DNA of 64,000 nt from Phoronis australis (taxonomy: Eukaryota > Animalia > Phoronida), in NCBI GenBank assembly GCA_002633005.1, contig NMRA01000253.1, positions 197,251-261,250 of the forward strand, in the 5' to 3' direction. Both the position numbers and the translations under genes were made by a program. Under the pieces are notes generated by a model. The model did no database searches. It was not told the origin of the DNA and was given only the letters and a program-made list of their open reading frames with translations. This document shows, piece by piece, positions 48,691 to 63,416 of this stretch; the stretch's first letter is position 1, and the number at the start of each line of letters is the position of its first letter.

Positions 48691-51600
48691 GGCATATAAT
48701 TTGTCCGAATATTTTAAACTCTCTCTATTCGAAACTCAACTGGAAAATGGACCACTTGCATGACACACTTAAACTTACAGTATACACGAATCATGCTGTG
48801 TGTCTTGAGTTGAAGCCACACCACGTCCGCTATTGAGTTGAGCCACTGTGGCGGACATTACACCCTATTCGGCGCTGGTCAGTTTTGTCGGACTGGGGGA
48901 AATTGAAACAGTTCCAAATGCTATTAAGAAGAGGGTCCATTGTGCAACAGAGTTTGATTATATTGCACAATAAAACTTAATTGATCGTGTAGTTCAATAA
49001 AATGTCAAGCAAGTGTACATGTATTATAATGTGGATAAAAAATTCCAATTTTTGAGTAAATTTTGTTGCAGCAACGTTAAACAGCTTCTTACGAACTGCA
49101 AGAATGCGAGTTTATGTAAAATGATTTTGAAACGCCTTTTTAAAACCAGCATCACCTTGGAATGTTTCAAGTAAACAACAATAACATCTATGCAGGATGA
49201 CCAACTGCCAGCGCCAATCCTAGGGGAAGTTTGGGCGCTTGGGGTTCGATGATAAATTGATTTAAACGCATTATCTCGCACTTAGGTGTTTGAGTTTAAA
49301 CACACGAAAATACGGTAACATTTGTCTCTTTGTGCGCAATAAAAATGAGGACTTACTGCCATAAAAACGCTCGTGAACATAATATGCTCTCCATCATTAC
49401 GCAATGTCTCTCAATTTGTGTAAAATTATTTCCATGTACCGTACATGAGCAAGTATCCGAAGTAATGCATTTGTCAAATTTTGTTCTGAAGTATTTGGCA
49501 TATAGGTGCATGCGCCTATGCTTCACCTACCCACGTGACTATCTCTTGCATATACAAATGTACGTGCAGCCCGTAAAGAGAAATTGTCGTTTTCTGTCCT
49601 GAAAAACACATTTTCTGTAGGATTATTGCTGGATAGACTTTTTGCATAACTTACGCTATGAGCACTAAGATGTATGAAACACTAAAATTCATTGTGTGTT
49701 TGTAATTTTATTGCAAATCGACAATGCTCGACGTTGACTGCCAAACTTTTGCTTAAATCCAGACCGGGAAATTAACCAGTTGAATACAAATAAAATTCAT
49801 TTCCAATTAATTTAGCTCTGACGATAGAGCGTGTACCTGCCACCACGAATATTCCAAGTTTAACTTAATGAGTATCTTAGAAATGTGTTCGTAGTAGGTG
49901 CTTATCATAAAGGTGTGTGCACCTAATACGGTGCCCATTCACGTCTTTGTCGCCTGTAATTTGAAAAGTCATAAGATTTGTATTTTCCTGAGAATCGCAT
50001 TTAATAAGAATTGAACGAAAAAACTAATAACGGGGTAATTCCTCGTAGTATTGTGAGGATGGATCCTTCAAAAAATTCGTTTCACTTAAGGCAATGAGAT
50101 AAGTTTGACTTGATTATCAAACACAAAAGTGTACAGTGTAGCTAAATGCACACTGTAAGTGTATCAACTTAAAGGGCTGAAACTGTTTACTTAGTTCACG
50201 CTACGCATATTCCGCGTAACTCTATTTTTCTAGGTTGTACCAGAGCTGTACATTATATGCATGCAATGTATCTTGTTATGTTGGTCTTTAAGAAGGCAGG
50301 TGTAAAAATTTAAAAATTTGTTTCCATAAAAAATTCCACACAGGGACAAGAAGCTTGCAAGAAGACTGGGCCAAGCGCCAGTAACGATTATTTACATGAG
50401 CTTGTACCTAGAACCATGTTTTGCTGATATAGTGATTCGAGCTCAGTTTGATAAGTTAGAAAAATTGAATGTGGTTGAGATATCTATTGTAAGATAAAGT
50501 AATAATGTACAGAACATGATAGGTAATTTAACTATTTTTGTAACATAATAAACTTAAAGATGGGCGACAAAAATCGGCATTATATCCACTGCAGTGTTTA
50601 AGTGAGCTACATGTCTATCCAAAAGTTTCAATTTACGTCGATTCAATTGGTCGTTTAATTCATTTTCCCGAATTTATTTACGGTATGCTAAAACACACAC
50701 ACCTTTATTTTACATCAGTGCAAACGAGTACAAATATTAAAATCCTATTTCACATCATCCCCCACTCGCGACATTCATACTTTACAAGTCGCCAATAACA
50801 CATTGTATGTTTACACATGTAAGACACAGAAGTGCTCTGTACTTAAAAAATGTCTGTCCATCTGTCCACAAAACAACTATTTACAATGAAAATGTACATT
50901 TCCAAATTACGGGTACCTCCGTAGCATTTTCTTGAAGATTTGAATCGATGACCGTGTATTTTCAAATTGCTGGCTGGACCTATGCGATAGCTGGCAAAAT
51001 ATTAAGATCAAATTTAGAACTGGTTGCGCCTCCGCTTGTCTCAATACAGGTTTTCATCTGGTATCGCACTCTTGTTTTATGGGAATTAACTGTCATTAAT
51101 TCAGTCTCAAAAGAGATTGCAATAGAATATCTGGCGTACAAATGTAATGAGGATTAGGGACTGTTTTGAAACTTAAAGAAATTTGTGAAGACAAATTTCA
51201 TAAATTCATTTTTGTCGATCTCGGTGTAGGTCAGCACTCTGTATGCTACTGTTTACGTTATGTCAAACCTGGGTCAGACGTGTTTCGGCTGACAACACCT
51301 GCAACGAGATCAAATTTTCAGAACTCTAGACAATAATCATTTGTTTGATTGCCTTTACTTTCACTTTCATAATGAAAGCTTGTGACTAAACTGAGCAATG
51401 TATGACTCATTTTGAGGTCAGACGACGACATGTCACTTGTCATCAAACCAATACACACATATCTGAACCTTTACTGTATGTTGAGTGAATCCAGGCAGAA
51501 GTATTCTGAAAACTTCAACATCCACCGTGTTCATTATCAATGCAAATGAACCTAGAGTTATCAGAGATAATGGTCTGTTAATCACCAGTGCACATCGTGT

Positions 51601-52306
51601 AGTGGCGCACTTTATTGTACAACACACGTAATTTACAATGTAGGTGTATGTTATTGACAACTATCGGATAAAATATCGAATGGAAGTTCGCGCCGGCCTT
51701 AGCTTTTACTTCCCGTTTCTCAAACAACAACGCGTGCGCACGTCATTCCAAACACGACGACAGCATGTTTAAGAAATATGCTAAGCAGTGTCGGCGTGTA
51801 AAAACATTAAACTGTCGTGAAAACGATTTTTTGATATCAGCTTCAACGTGGAATTGAACCTATAACCCCTGGGGCCTCAGTCTAACGCCCTTTTGGCGGA
51901 GATAGGTGGTAACCCCAATTTGATAAATGGCAAAGAATTTTGCGTATACAAGTATTTTTCTAAAAGTCACCAGCCTTGATTTCCGCGAATGAGTGGCAGC
52001 AAAGGCGTCTATTTGAAATAACAAAATAACGTCTCTCCCATGCAACAATACTACTAATATTGGGTTTTTTCGGCCGTAAAACCGTTTATGTCCTTTTAAT
52101 ACAAAGCGATTGTCAGTTGGCCGATAAAGATAGTACTAAAATGGTAAACCCTGTTTTGATAATTTCTCGGAATATTTTTTTCTGTCATACATGTACATCT
52201 TGTTTGTCTGCCACCTCACAAGGAAGGAATAACGAAACCTTTGTTCAGCTAAAATGCTTCCTCATTGGGTAACTGATCCACCGGAAGTAAAAGTCAGGCG
52301 AGGACT

Positions 52307-52394
52307 CAGCCTCGTCCCCAAGCCTCAAGATCGCGGTGATCGGTGAAATGGCTAAGCCGATCAGCGCGATGTTGAGGATTGGGGACGGAGGCTG
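52307..52394. mobile_element. 88-bp hairpin MITE (family of 43132-43493)
   Basis: cagcctcgtccccaagcctcaagatcgcg ... cgcgatgttgaggattggggacggaggctg. Confidence 0.8.
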
Positions 52395-55300
52395 GCGACC
52401 ACGTAGTAGATTTTGTAAGAAGTTTTCTAAGGGATTCCAAACTTTTTATGATTGGTGATTTGCATGGGTAACCTGTACAAGAAATAAACGGGATATCATT
52501 TCAGTAACTCAAGTAGACTTGTCGATATTGACATTCGTACACAAGTTGGGTTATATATCCTGGGGACTAATCTTATAAGTACAGTAGGCGGGATGCAAAG
52601 AAAGAAATACTTTGGGTATGTTGGTGTTATGTGACTTAATACTTTATCTACTGAAATATTTTAAATTAATTCTGAAATTGGCTTGGTGAACAACAGAACA
52701 CTGTTTTCGTGCTTGTATGAATTATTGTTAGGGCGGTGAGCGCTTTTCCGGATAATTGCACTTTTCCGTCGGCACACAATATTTTCCAGGCTGAAACGGA
52801 AAACTTTGGCGCTCTTTCAAAAACATACCAGTTAATGTTACAATTGTATTTTGGATGCGTTAGGTTTCTGTGTGTGAATGTGTCCTGTGTCACTGAACCT
52901 AAAGGTAATGTACGAACTTAATGACAAGTCTGCGTAATCAGAGCTTTATATCAGAAAACGTAGGAAGTGGAAAGCATGTAGAATAGGCCATATCAATTAG
53001 ATAATGTGACTAATATGTCTATTTACTAAAAATTAACAATTATATGACCGAATTTAGTTTGAAAATAATTTAAAGGTTTCCAAATTATCATTTTGTTTTT
53101 ATTTCGTACAACGTGATCTTTTTTCATAAAAAAGCATGGAAGTTCCCTCATGCAAAACAGGGACATTTCAAAAACAATTCCTGTCAGAGATGCCGAGAGC
53201 ATGGTATAGATCTTGTATAGTATTTGAAAGTTTCGTACGAATCTGATCTGGCTATTATGTGATATGGCGTTTCAAGATTGCAAATTTTCGCATTTTTCTA
53301 TGAACCTACACAGCTTTGAATACGTATCAGTCAATCTATAGCTATACATGTATATCCTCAAGCGCACCTTTGCATGACCGAATAGTAATGATACAGTTAT
53401 TTTATTCCAGGATGACAAGATAAAACGATGACATTCTCGTTTTTACAAGTTTCCGTCATATACACTTTATATATAAAGTGTTGTTTTAAGCAAAAAGAAC
53501 AAAAGTGTTCACCAGTCCATAGAAAGCAGTCTGACTGCAATACTTAAAACATTTGCAAATAAGCAAATTTATTTCATTGCTAACAAGGTTTTTGTCAATT
53601 TCCATTTGTCTGAAGGGTACTTGTGTTTGTGCCAAATATTTCCTACCGATAATGATGTGCTCTTAAAATGAACGGTCTTCCGTATCCGGTTAGAACGGAA
53701 CTTCGTTTACTCAAAACAGTTTCAAGAGGCTACTGAATACTACATGTATTCGTGACGATCCCCCCAGTATTCTAAAAAAAATTGCCGTCAAACCTGACCC
53801 ACCCCCATTTATTTCATTTCTTAGTGACCTAAGAAGGACAAAACCGTAGCCAGGTTAGACTTCAATATTGACCGTAACGTCACGATTTACTGAAAGCGCC
53901 TGTTGTACTACCGCATTTTACTAACAGCCAGTACATGTACATAAATGCACATGCAGTCTAATCACTTATCGTAAGAAAATATCGGAGTTGCGAATCTGTT
54001 GTCGACGATGTATGATCCAGTTTTCTACATAATGCATTGGTTCGTAATCCCTGGCTACGTGAGAGCTCTACGAAAGAATTTCCCAAATTTGAAGAGATTT
54101 GAGCTATTTGCGATTCCGTGACACGGAAGGACTACATCGGCTCCGAGACAATAATTTGAACCTAATTCAAGAGGCTCAAGGCTTTATGAACTTAGCTTCA
54201 AACTTACTAAGTAAGTAGCTGAACTGCGTTACGTATATGTACTCCTGATACATTTGCGAGAAAATCTAGTGGGATCACGTGCTTCAGTAGCATTGCAGGG
54301 CCGCAATATATCACGAAGTTTTGCGTGATTATGTATTTTCGCAGGGCTGTAGGGTCTATGGAACGTACGTATTCCTGGCCTGCCAGTTCAAATCACCGGA
54401 AATGCAAGGTTGGATGTTAACAAAATTGATTAAGATTTCGGGTTTATTAGAATTAGGATATTGTCGCTTTAACTGTCTTAAAAGTATCGCTTGTGTACAC
54501 CGTTTTGACAATTCTCACTGCCTTGTAGATCCTTTGTTGTGAAACACGAAAGCAGACTTGGATAAAAGACACAATACAGCCCACCGAAACTGAAAAATAA
54601 GTGCTTAAAGAGCCCCGGGAGCTAACAATACGATACAAATAATAGTTTCAAGTGAGCAAATTCCTCAAAATTAGTTAGCCATTTTGTAACCGCATAGAAT
54701 AGTTTATTGAAAACAATAAAATATGAAAGCAACTGGCAACGTGGGTCAAAACTTTAGTTTTCTGTGTGTTGCCGCAGTTAAAAGAGGACGGTGACTGAAA
54801 CATAGCCTATTTACGCACTTACCATAAAGTACTTTTGTTTGGATTTTTCCTCGCATCGCATCAAATAGTAGTCTATCGTTTTATGTTCTCACGTACACAC
54901 ACAAGCAATTTGCAAAATAAGCTTTGCAGTGTGACCACCACGTTCGCTTAAAATGCATGTCAGTATCTTCAGTTAGCAAGGGGTGCGTGATCTAGCTTTT
55001 CTCACAAGAGACGTCTACGAAACGCAGCCTTGTTTTTGTAAGATAGTCACTGAACAAGACATAGGGACATAGGGGCCTGTAACCACTGTAGGTTCAAAGC
55101 AAGTTTGTGTGGCAGTTGATAGTTTTGTTCTTTCTGGACTTGAAAACTGAGCACTGAGGTCCACAGATACAAAATCCAGTTTTGGTCCACAAGCACTCAT
55201 TCTTCGTTGATATTTCTAATTGAAACTGACCGTGAGTAGGAGTGAGTAGAGTCTTGGACAGTTGAAGTTTTAACCCTGCGATTAAACCCGAAACAGTAAA

Positions 55301-55858
55301 GGTAGAGAGATGTCATGCGCGCTTTAAAAATATACATCATGGCATTCAGTAATAAGTTCGTGTAGTCAATGGATTATTTAAATATCCGAATTTTGTAAGT
55401 GACTAAACGTTTTGTAGGGAGTTTAATTAGAAAAATATGACCCTCCAGTAGGGAATTTTGTCGCAAGAACCCTCTCGCTGGGAAACTGGTCGTGTGAAAA
55501 TGTTACCCTCCTTAACTGCGGCACAACTGTTGGTGGCAGTAACCTTGCCCAGCAGTAAGTCACTGTTTACTTTGTGCACAACGTATCAGTTCTCAATGGT
55601 CTTTTGATGATTACATCGCATTGTGTTTTCTGGATAAATCACGTCTGTACTTTTTGTCATTCAAGACCAATTCATGAACTTGGCTCTTTTAAGAACAGAT
55701 GAATGTTTATAATGTGCGCGAGCCAGTCAGTTAATCGAAACACGTGATGCAGAAGACCGATAAGTCGATGCGTCACGAGGTCTCGAATCTGATCGGTAAC
55801 ACTCGGCAGCTTTCGTAATCTAGAGCAAGGTTTCTTTTTCCTCGCATTTTTCTCCGTC

Positions 55859-58800
55859 ATGGCGAACATTGTAGTGTGCGCCTACCTCGGCGTCGCTGTA
55901 ATAAGTTTATTTGCCATACAAGGTATGTTGTTTTTACTAGTAGATCAAACGTGACTGTAAAGAGTCAGTAATCTAGTTTGACATGATACCACCAAAAGAC
56001 TCTAGTGACCGAATTCGAGAGCAATTTGGATGGCAATCTTGTGAATGCATACTGGTAATATGTTACATACTGATAATGTCTCTAGAACCAACCTATGTAC
56101 ACGGATATGTAGCTGATGTTCGTTGATCGACTGACCTGATTGTTTGTGCCGGGTTTATTGACCTACAACTGACTATGTAGCTTACATGTAACTGCGCACA
56201 TTGTTAGGCTAACCCTACATACGCCGTATGTTTATATAGGTTCGAAGGTAGGGGTCAGAAAAAGTCGGTGGTCAAGGGTCTGACACCGTTACAGGTCGGA
56301 ACAGTATAGCGGTCACTTATTTAGAGAACCTGACTCTCATGTAGGGCCCGTTATTTAGTGGATGAAACTTGCTCTCGATCTAAATCCGCTAATGCCCGAA
56401 ACAATGCCCAACTGACCCACTAAATCTGTGAGCCGGATAATTTTGAGAAGTGGGTCGCGCTAGGCCGTATCTTTCTCGGGGTATTTCGTGTGCTGCGCGA
56501 CTGGTAATATTCACGGAACAGTATTGTGTTAAAATGTAACTGCAGCTAGCTAGACAATTTGTAAGGTGTGAGATAAGACGCACTTCAGTTGGATCGAATT
56601 GAGCAATCGCAGCGCGCCCATGAAAAATTTGAATGCGTCAATAACGTCGAGAGATACGCTCCTAAAGCCACCCCTGCTCGAGTGCAATTCTCTACGATTA
56701 CCCGATCATGGCTGTTTATTAGCCGGGTTATTTTTGTGCTAAAGAATCTGGTTAGGAATACATGTATCTTGAGACCAATTTCAAAGGTTAATTCGATTGC
56801 CATTTTGCCAGCGACTAGCGAAACAGGGCGATCGTGTTCGTTGTCCGTATCAGCTATAGTTCTAGTTTTGATCGATACACCCCGGTTGTCACATTTCTCG
56901 GAAACACAGCACACATGCTTGGCTGGTTTCTCAGCCAGCATACTAGTGGACACTACATTTTTACTTGCTGCGCTTGCCAAATCCACCAAGCAGTTTTTAG
57001 CCCAAATTTATACTTGTTATATAACGAGCCACGTAAGCCAGTCAGTGTTCCGACAGAAAAAGCGCGAGGGGTGAGCAACAGACGTGAGGGTTGGCGTCTT
57101 GTTCTAGTAAATCTTGCCAATGAATTTCATTATAAACTGGTGGCGCTAGGGAAATGCCCTATGCAAACACGAGTCGAATTTACAATAAATGAGGCATTGT
57201 TGTACATTTTTTCAATATTTTGTTTGTCGAATGAATTGTTTATTTAATGCTTAATGTGAATGTTACTTTGACCGCTCATATCGGTGACGATTGAGCAATA
57301 ACCTGTCAGTGAGACCGAAAATGACGATCGAAACCGTTATCGCACTCGTTGAAACTATGCAGCAGCGTCATAATTGGCTATCCAAATTTTGACTTGGATT
57401 CCCACAAGATGTGGGCGTGTGCAAATATAATGTTGATTATTGTGACAATCTTTCTTACGCTCACGTTCTCTCATGCTAAGAACGTCAACCATATCCGAAA
57501 CTAAACACACTGACGAGGCTTGTCGTATACTGTACATGTATGTTGCAACTGAAAAAGAACGTCTGATATCGAATATTGAATAAAAAGCTGACATTTCACT
57601 GAAACTAACGTTCATTTGATTCCACCCAACACGACAACATTTCTTCAAGATTAGGCCTACTTTCGCTGGCTTGGCAGATTGGTATTAAAACGAGTTTGAG
57701 CATTGATACCAATAGAATTTGTGTCATGAAGACATAGTACATGTACAGTACTTCTCCCACTCTTAATGTCAAAGGTCACAATTGCGACATAACGCCACTC
57801 CTCGTCCGGCTCCGAATGACCGAGTGTATATACATGTACTGTACATGTAGAGTTGAAGTTTAATAAATCTGGCGAGACTTTTAATTCATTTGAGAACGGT
57901 TACAATACGTAATTGCTTAAGAGCCTTAGTGAAAATCACAAAAATTTTAGTGTGCGATGAAATACCGTTATCTCCGACAGGATCTTTGTTCCCTTTTCTA
58001 AGAAATTGCAAACATATTTTTGGACATTCTCTACATGTAAGTCAACGACAAAATGCTCTGGAATGACTTCGCCAGAACATGGTATTAGTGGGAACTGGTG
58101 GTGTTTTTATTCAAAGAATCACATCGTTTTTAAATCAAAGACACCAGAAAATAGTAGAATGGTTCTTATCTGTGTTTTTTTCGAAGAAAATTGTATGCAT
58201 TGGCGCATGAGCTACAACTTCACGTGTAGGACCCGGCGGCTACCATTTGCGTATACTGTGTTGTCTGTAAGTGGATTGACCGTTCATAAAACTTTTTTAT
58301 TTCATATTTAACGTTTTAATGAATGTATTATCCACTCGTTGTAGCAAAGTAATCGGCCTTTGGAAAATGAACATTTTGACATTTATTTATTTTTGTGCGA
58401 AATAAGTACAGAATTGTAGCTGTCGCCCTTTCAATTTTCCTCCACTTTAGACCATACTGTGTCGTCGAATGAGAGATATATGTTATTAAAATTAACTAAA
58501 GACACATTTCGTAAATTACTGCCGCCCTCTGTGCTCGTTTTTAAAATGATCTTTTATATTAGCTCATAAACAATAAATTTTTTTTTCCGATCGGCAACTC
58601 GTTGCTACGCCACCTGAAATTATCTCCAGTTGTGTATGCTAAATTCTGCTTTTTTGAAAAAATGTGATACATCGAAAGAGTTGTCGTTTTCTGAATTCGA
58701 GATTTTGACTGGGAGTTCACATAACCTCTGCCAGTCAGAGTTCTGGGTCTTGATTTTGAGGCTTTTTGACATCCCTTCTACATATATCGTACTTCCTCAT

Positions 58801-61800
58801 AACATCTTAATTTCAGCGATAAATCAAACGTACCATTTCCGCTTCTGAGAATGACTTATAATATAGAAATTAATTTTCTTTGCCAGTCCAACATAATATC
58901 CGGTCATGTTCTCGCGTGGCGTTCAACCAACAAGTTTTGAGGTGATTTCGGGAATTGAAAGTGGAAACGAAACTACTTGTTTCATTTCATGTTCCTATTG
59001 TGATAAGAATTTCATAGCTTAAAACTAATAACAAGAGTCTAATAACAAGTGCACACGTGAAGATTTACCATCTTCAGGAAGATTGTTTGTTTGTAATAAA
59101 CCGAAAAGTTGGACAAGTTGTTGTCAATTTTCACGTGTGCGCTTGTGATTAGGCTCTTGCTTACTATTTTGGCCAAAAGGCAACATTATTTGAAATACTG
59201 AACCTCTTCTGTTTTAAAAACACATCATTAACAGTACTCAATACGATTATCGTTATGTTAGTTGTAATGATTGCTGTGATTGGTCTTACGTTGCCCTGAG
59301 AATTCAACAATTCTTGAAACAAGGTGTATCAGCATGATCTCTTCAGGTTCATAGGAAGCGGAGCTCCGGAGGGGGCGCACGTGTCACCTGATGGTTTGTC
59401 TCAGGTGCGAACCTTTGCCGCTGGTGACTTACATGTTGCGGGATACGAAACTCAGTACCTCCGCTCTGTCTAATGCCCCATCTGCCAAGACTTTTGTTTG
59501 ATTACATTGATTGTGGGAACGTTTACCTAGCAAGGGTTAAAAAATGCTCTTTGAGCGACTGACCGGACGATAACCCAGTAGCGGTCACTCATCCTGCAGC
59601 AACCGTAAGATGTCGCGATAGCAGGTTCCGGTACTATGGATCTACATGTACATAGTTTCATAGGATTTGCCCTTATTTTTCAAAGTCTGTCTACATTTCC
59701 ATTCCCATCTACCCCTACATAAACCTTGGTCCACAGCATATGGACAGTCCCCGTGGCCGCTACTGAGCTTGTTCGCTCATATTTGACTCGTATCGCGAAT
59801 GTGGGACAAACGCCCAACAATGGATATGGACCACTGAAACGACTCGCTCAACAAGGCGGATGTTTTACATGTGAAATTCGCAGTCTCTGCGAGGCATTTC
59901 CGTGACCTGATATACATGTAAATCGTACCCGTGAACATCGTTATTTTTCCAGCTCCTGTACTGAAAGCGCCCTGAGATAACTAAATGCGAACAAAAGGTC
60001 ACAGTAATTTGACGTCAGTGTATTAAAGCATGCTTGTATAAGTAATTCTTAGGACTCTAGACTTCCAAACGGACAGGATAAACTTTACACTGTCGATGTT
60101 AGCTATGCAACCAACGCATGTTCGTTGTATGACTGTCCACTTAAAACAGGAAATTTTGTATTTTCAGGTTCGCGGTCCGAGGTATGTCCGCCGTCCCTTA
60201 CAGTCCTGTATCCGCCTAGATGCCCGAGGACATCCGACAGCGTATTTGCTAAGACATGCTGTACAAGAAAAGACTCACATGGACATACGGTTGGAACATG
60301 TTGTGTACCGACTTCCTGCACAAACGGTACACGGTCTCATTCAGATATCCTCTTGTAAATACACTCTAAACTAAGCTGTGCAGGCATGCGGTAATCTGAA
60401 AAAACTTATTAGTATGTGAAAGAAAAATTTAAGTCCATACCATTTAGTTTTAAAGAAACGGTAGGTCGACAATATGGCGGTGGACATGAAGACACAACTG
60501 GTCTGCACTAATTTAGCGGACGGACACTTTCACTCCCCTTGCTCTCTTCACCGCATTGGAAATATCACTGCTCTCACTACCAAACATCCGCTTGGTACAA
60601 TCAAATGCCGAACTAAAATCTCTGGAGCTCAACAAATTTTTTCAATCTTTGACCCTGGATCGTACAATGTAGGGTACAGGATGTGAAGCTTATAAGATCA
60701 TCTCTATGACCACTTTCGGGGACCAACTTTGTTCTGACGTTTTTGATATTACAAACCATTTTAATTTAGAAAGTAAACATTCCTCATGTTTAAACTTGCA
60801 TACTTCTGTGATATTTCACTTTTAAATCTGAAGAATTATTGTGCAAATAATGGAGTAGAAAAATTATATTTTAAACCGAAATTATGTATCCCTAAGGTGT
60901 GATACTGCAAACAATATACATAGGTTGCACCAAGTCTTATAAACGCAATTTTTTAGTTTTTTTTTACACACAAAAATGCAAATTTAAGGAACTATTAATG
61001 CAAACATCTTAACATCGTTAATGAAGTTGTAAGCAGAGATTTATTACCAAACTGACAATGACGCCAGTTAATTTGATAAAGCATTTGCCATTCTTTCAAA
61101 GGTGTAAATAGAAAGCTCTTGGTTTTCCAAAAAAACATTTAACTTACACAATAAAGTGATAAAAATTCAGTCTTTTAATCCCAGATCTTTCATAACTTAA
61201 CGTGTAGCAGTTAGCATTACATCGTAGCATTTGTGTTACTTGTTAAACTGTGAACATTTTCAATTTAACGAAAATAGAGTTTTACTGTTTTATTACATTC
61301 AGCAGGCACTGACACTTTTGGTCACCCGGATTTCTTCAGATTTTAGAATGCTTGGTTTCACTGCAATATATCCTAAAATACAGCTACACATCTTGCTAAA
61401 TAATGTTACATTAGTTGACCATAAAAATCTGATTTTGAAAAAGATTGTTCAACTTAAAGTGCTGGGACTTTTCGAATATCAGATGTTTCATGTTTACACG
61501 TATCTAGCCACACCAGACAAATGAAGTTGCCCCCCACTGACATGGTCACGTGATGAAAAGGAACAACGGCCCACGGTCAATCAACGGTTTACCAAGCCAA
61601 ATATTGTAAAGCGCCATGTCTTACAATTCCGGGATAATGACGTCACCTTTGCGAAAAAGTTCTTAAAAAGGGGTTTCTACCTTAAGGAGAACTGTAAAAC
61701 ATGGCGCTAAATTTTTCATGGTCGTTTTTCAAAAAAGGGTCGCAACGTTAAGCCCCAGCACGCGGCATATTAAATGTCGCTCAGTTGATTGCGATACGTT

Positions 61801-63416
61801 TTGCAGGTAACACGGGACGGAAATATTCTTGCCCGGTGTCGGGAACATCAAAGGACAAGGATATCTGTTGTACCACTACTGTCAATGGAAAGACTACGTA
61901 TGGCTGTTGTAATTTAGGTGACTTGTGAGTATCCAGCACACTACATTTTTAGTACCAATTGTCAATTCAGACCCGCCGAAAACTGTTGGGATCTGAGTGA
62001 CACGTGCCGCCAACCGAAACCTTGTGTGGGTGACTGTTTTGTTTGGTAACTTAGGGTCATTTTGGACCCTAGGGAAATGTCCAAATTTGCTACCATTGAA
62101 CGTCATAGCTCAGAACAGAAAGGTGCATAGAAAAATTCTGACAGTCTTTCATGTATGCACTGTATACCAAGACGATGTTGGAATTTGTTTTTAAACTTTG
62201 TAAGTTTTATCTTCAGGGGATATCAATAATGAGCTTGATAGATTTCATTCAAAAACTCCAAAGTTACACCAAAATGAAAGCGAAACTTCAATTTTAAAAA
62301 AAGCTGTAGCAGCGTTTTTGAGATTTCTGCTTGGACTTTAAGTCAAATAAAATTTGTTTGCGATATTAATGACGTTATTTTGCACTCAATGCACCTTTCA
62401 TTCTTTGTAATTTTTTGGCAAAAATCATGGTCACGTGGCCCAAGTAATGGCTGACTGGAAAAAGAGAATCTCAAGTACTACAGGCTTTCTACTTTCAGAA
62501 AATATATACTTTTACTTTTACTAATTACACTGCATACACACTTAGGGATAACGTCCCACATAACCTTAAACAGGACTGACCGATTTTTATTACTATGCAA
62601 GCGTAGCGTGCTCACTCCATCCGTTGCTGACACTATTTTCACGAAAGACGTCGCTCTAGTCGGTTGGCGACTACGCTAGTGTTGCTTTACTTAGTGTTTA
62701 TGACTCACAATAGGTTAACGTGGCTCGTTTCTTGGTGAGCCATGTTAGCACTGGTTCCACTGATAATCTGTGCAGGCTTAGTCTAATAATTTATAACGAT
62801 CTTTAACTTTGGATGACATAATATTTGACTCGTAGATATCGAAGTTGCCATTAACAGACACAAGGGCGCAACTGTTTAGAGTGCAGACTAAATAAGAAAG
62901 TTACTGAAAGTCGGCGACGCAGGCACAAAGGTGGTATCCAGCCCAACATCGCCTATGTACCGATTAGTGTGCAGGCAAATTTGAAGCGTTTAATATTCTG
63001 TGTTTTTGAGCCATCAATTTTTTAAGCCTGCAGTAACTAAGTCAAACGTTTTTCCAGAGCCTGCACCCTACGAGGTGATGCCGCAGTTTTGCATACGGTC
63101 TCGATTGTCTTTCAAGATTCCTCTTACCAACAAATAGTTATTTCACCACAGACAGGTTACGTTTCTACTTACCACCATTTTCATGGGAGCATCACCATTG
63201 CCCCGCTGCAAAATTACAGAAAATGTTAAGTTTCCCACATCTTTGCAAATGATTTTGGACAATTTGTTTTACAGGCGTTGGTACGTGTGGTTGATAATTG
63301 GAGTTGTGGCCTTCGTCATCTTCCTCGCCGTAACCTGCTGTATCTGCTGCTGTTGCAGCTGCTGCGCGTTGGCCCAGCGTCGCCAAGCGCGCGGAGGATA
63401 CGTCATTGTACAATAG
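55859..63416 (+). CDS. Shisa-like single-pass membrane protein (~130 aa; Shisa/WBP1/VOPP1/CYYR1-type architecture)
   Basis: Exons 55859-55922 (signal peptide MANIVVCAYLGVAVISLFAIQ|G, phase 1), 60168-60354 (C..CP..CC..CC ectodomain, phase 2), 63275-63416 (TM WYVWLIIGVVAFVIFLAVT followed by CCICCCCSCC and a short tail ending GGYVIVQ*). The frames join to 393 nt. Confidence 0.82.
59026..59168. mobile_element. Foldback/MITE-like inverted repeat
   Basis: Arms caagagtctaataacaagtgcacacgtgaa / ttcacgtgtgcgcttgtgattaggctcttg. Confidence 0.7.

Noticed and set aside
56585-57247. Overlapping 134-161-aa ORFs on both strands
   Set aside because: Intronic to the Shisa-like gene, non-ATG starts, no domain signal; possibly decayed transposon sequence.
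60880-62568. Possible ~1.7-kb TIR element in the last Shisa-like intron (tatccctaag...cttagggata)
   Set aside because: Left terminus degenerate, no TSD and no transposase ORF; boundaries cannot be supported.
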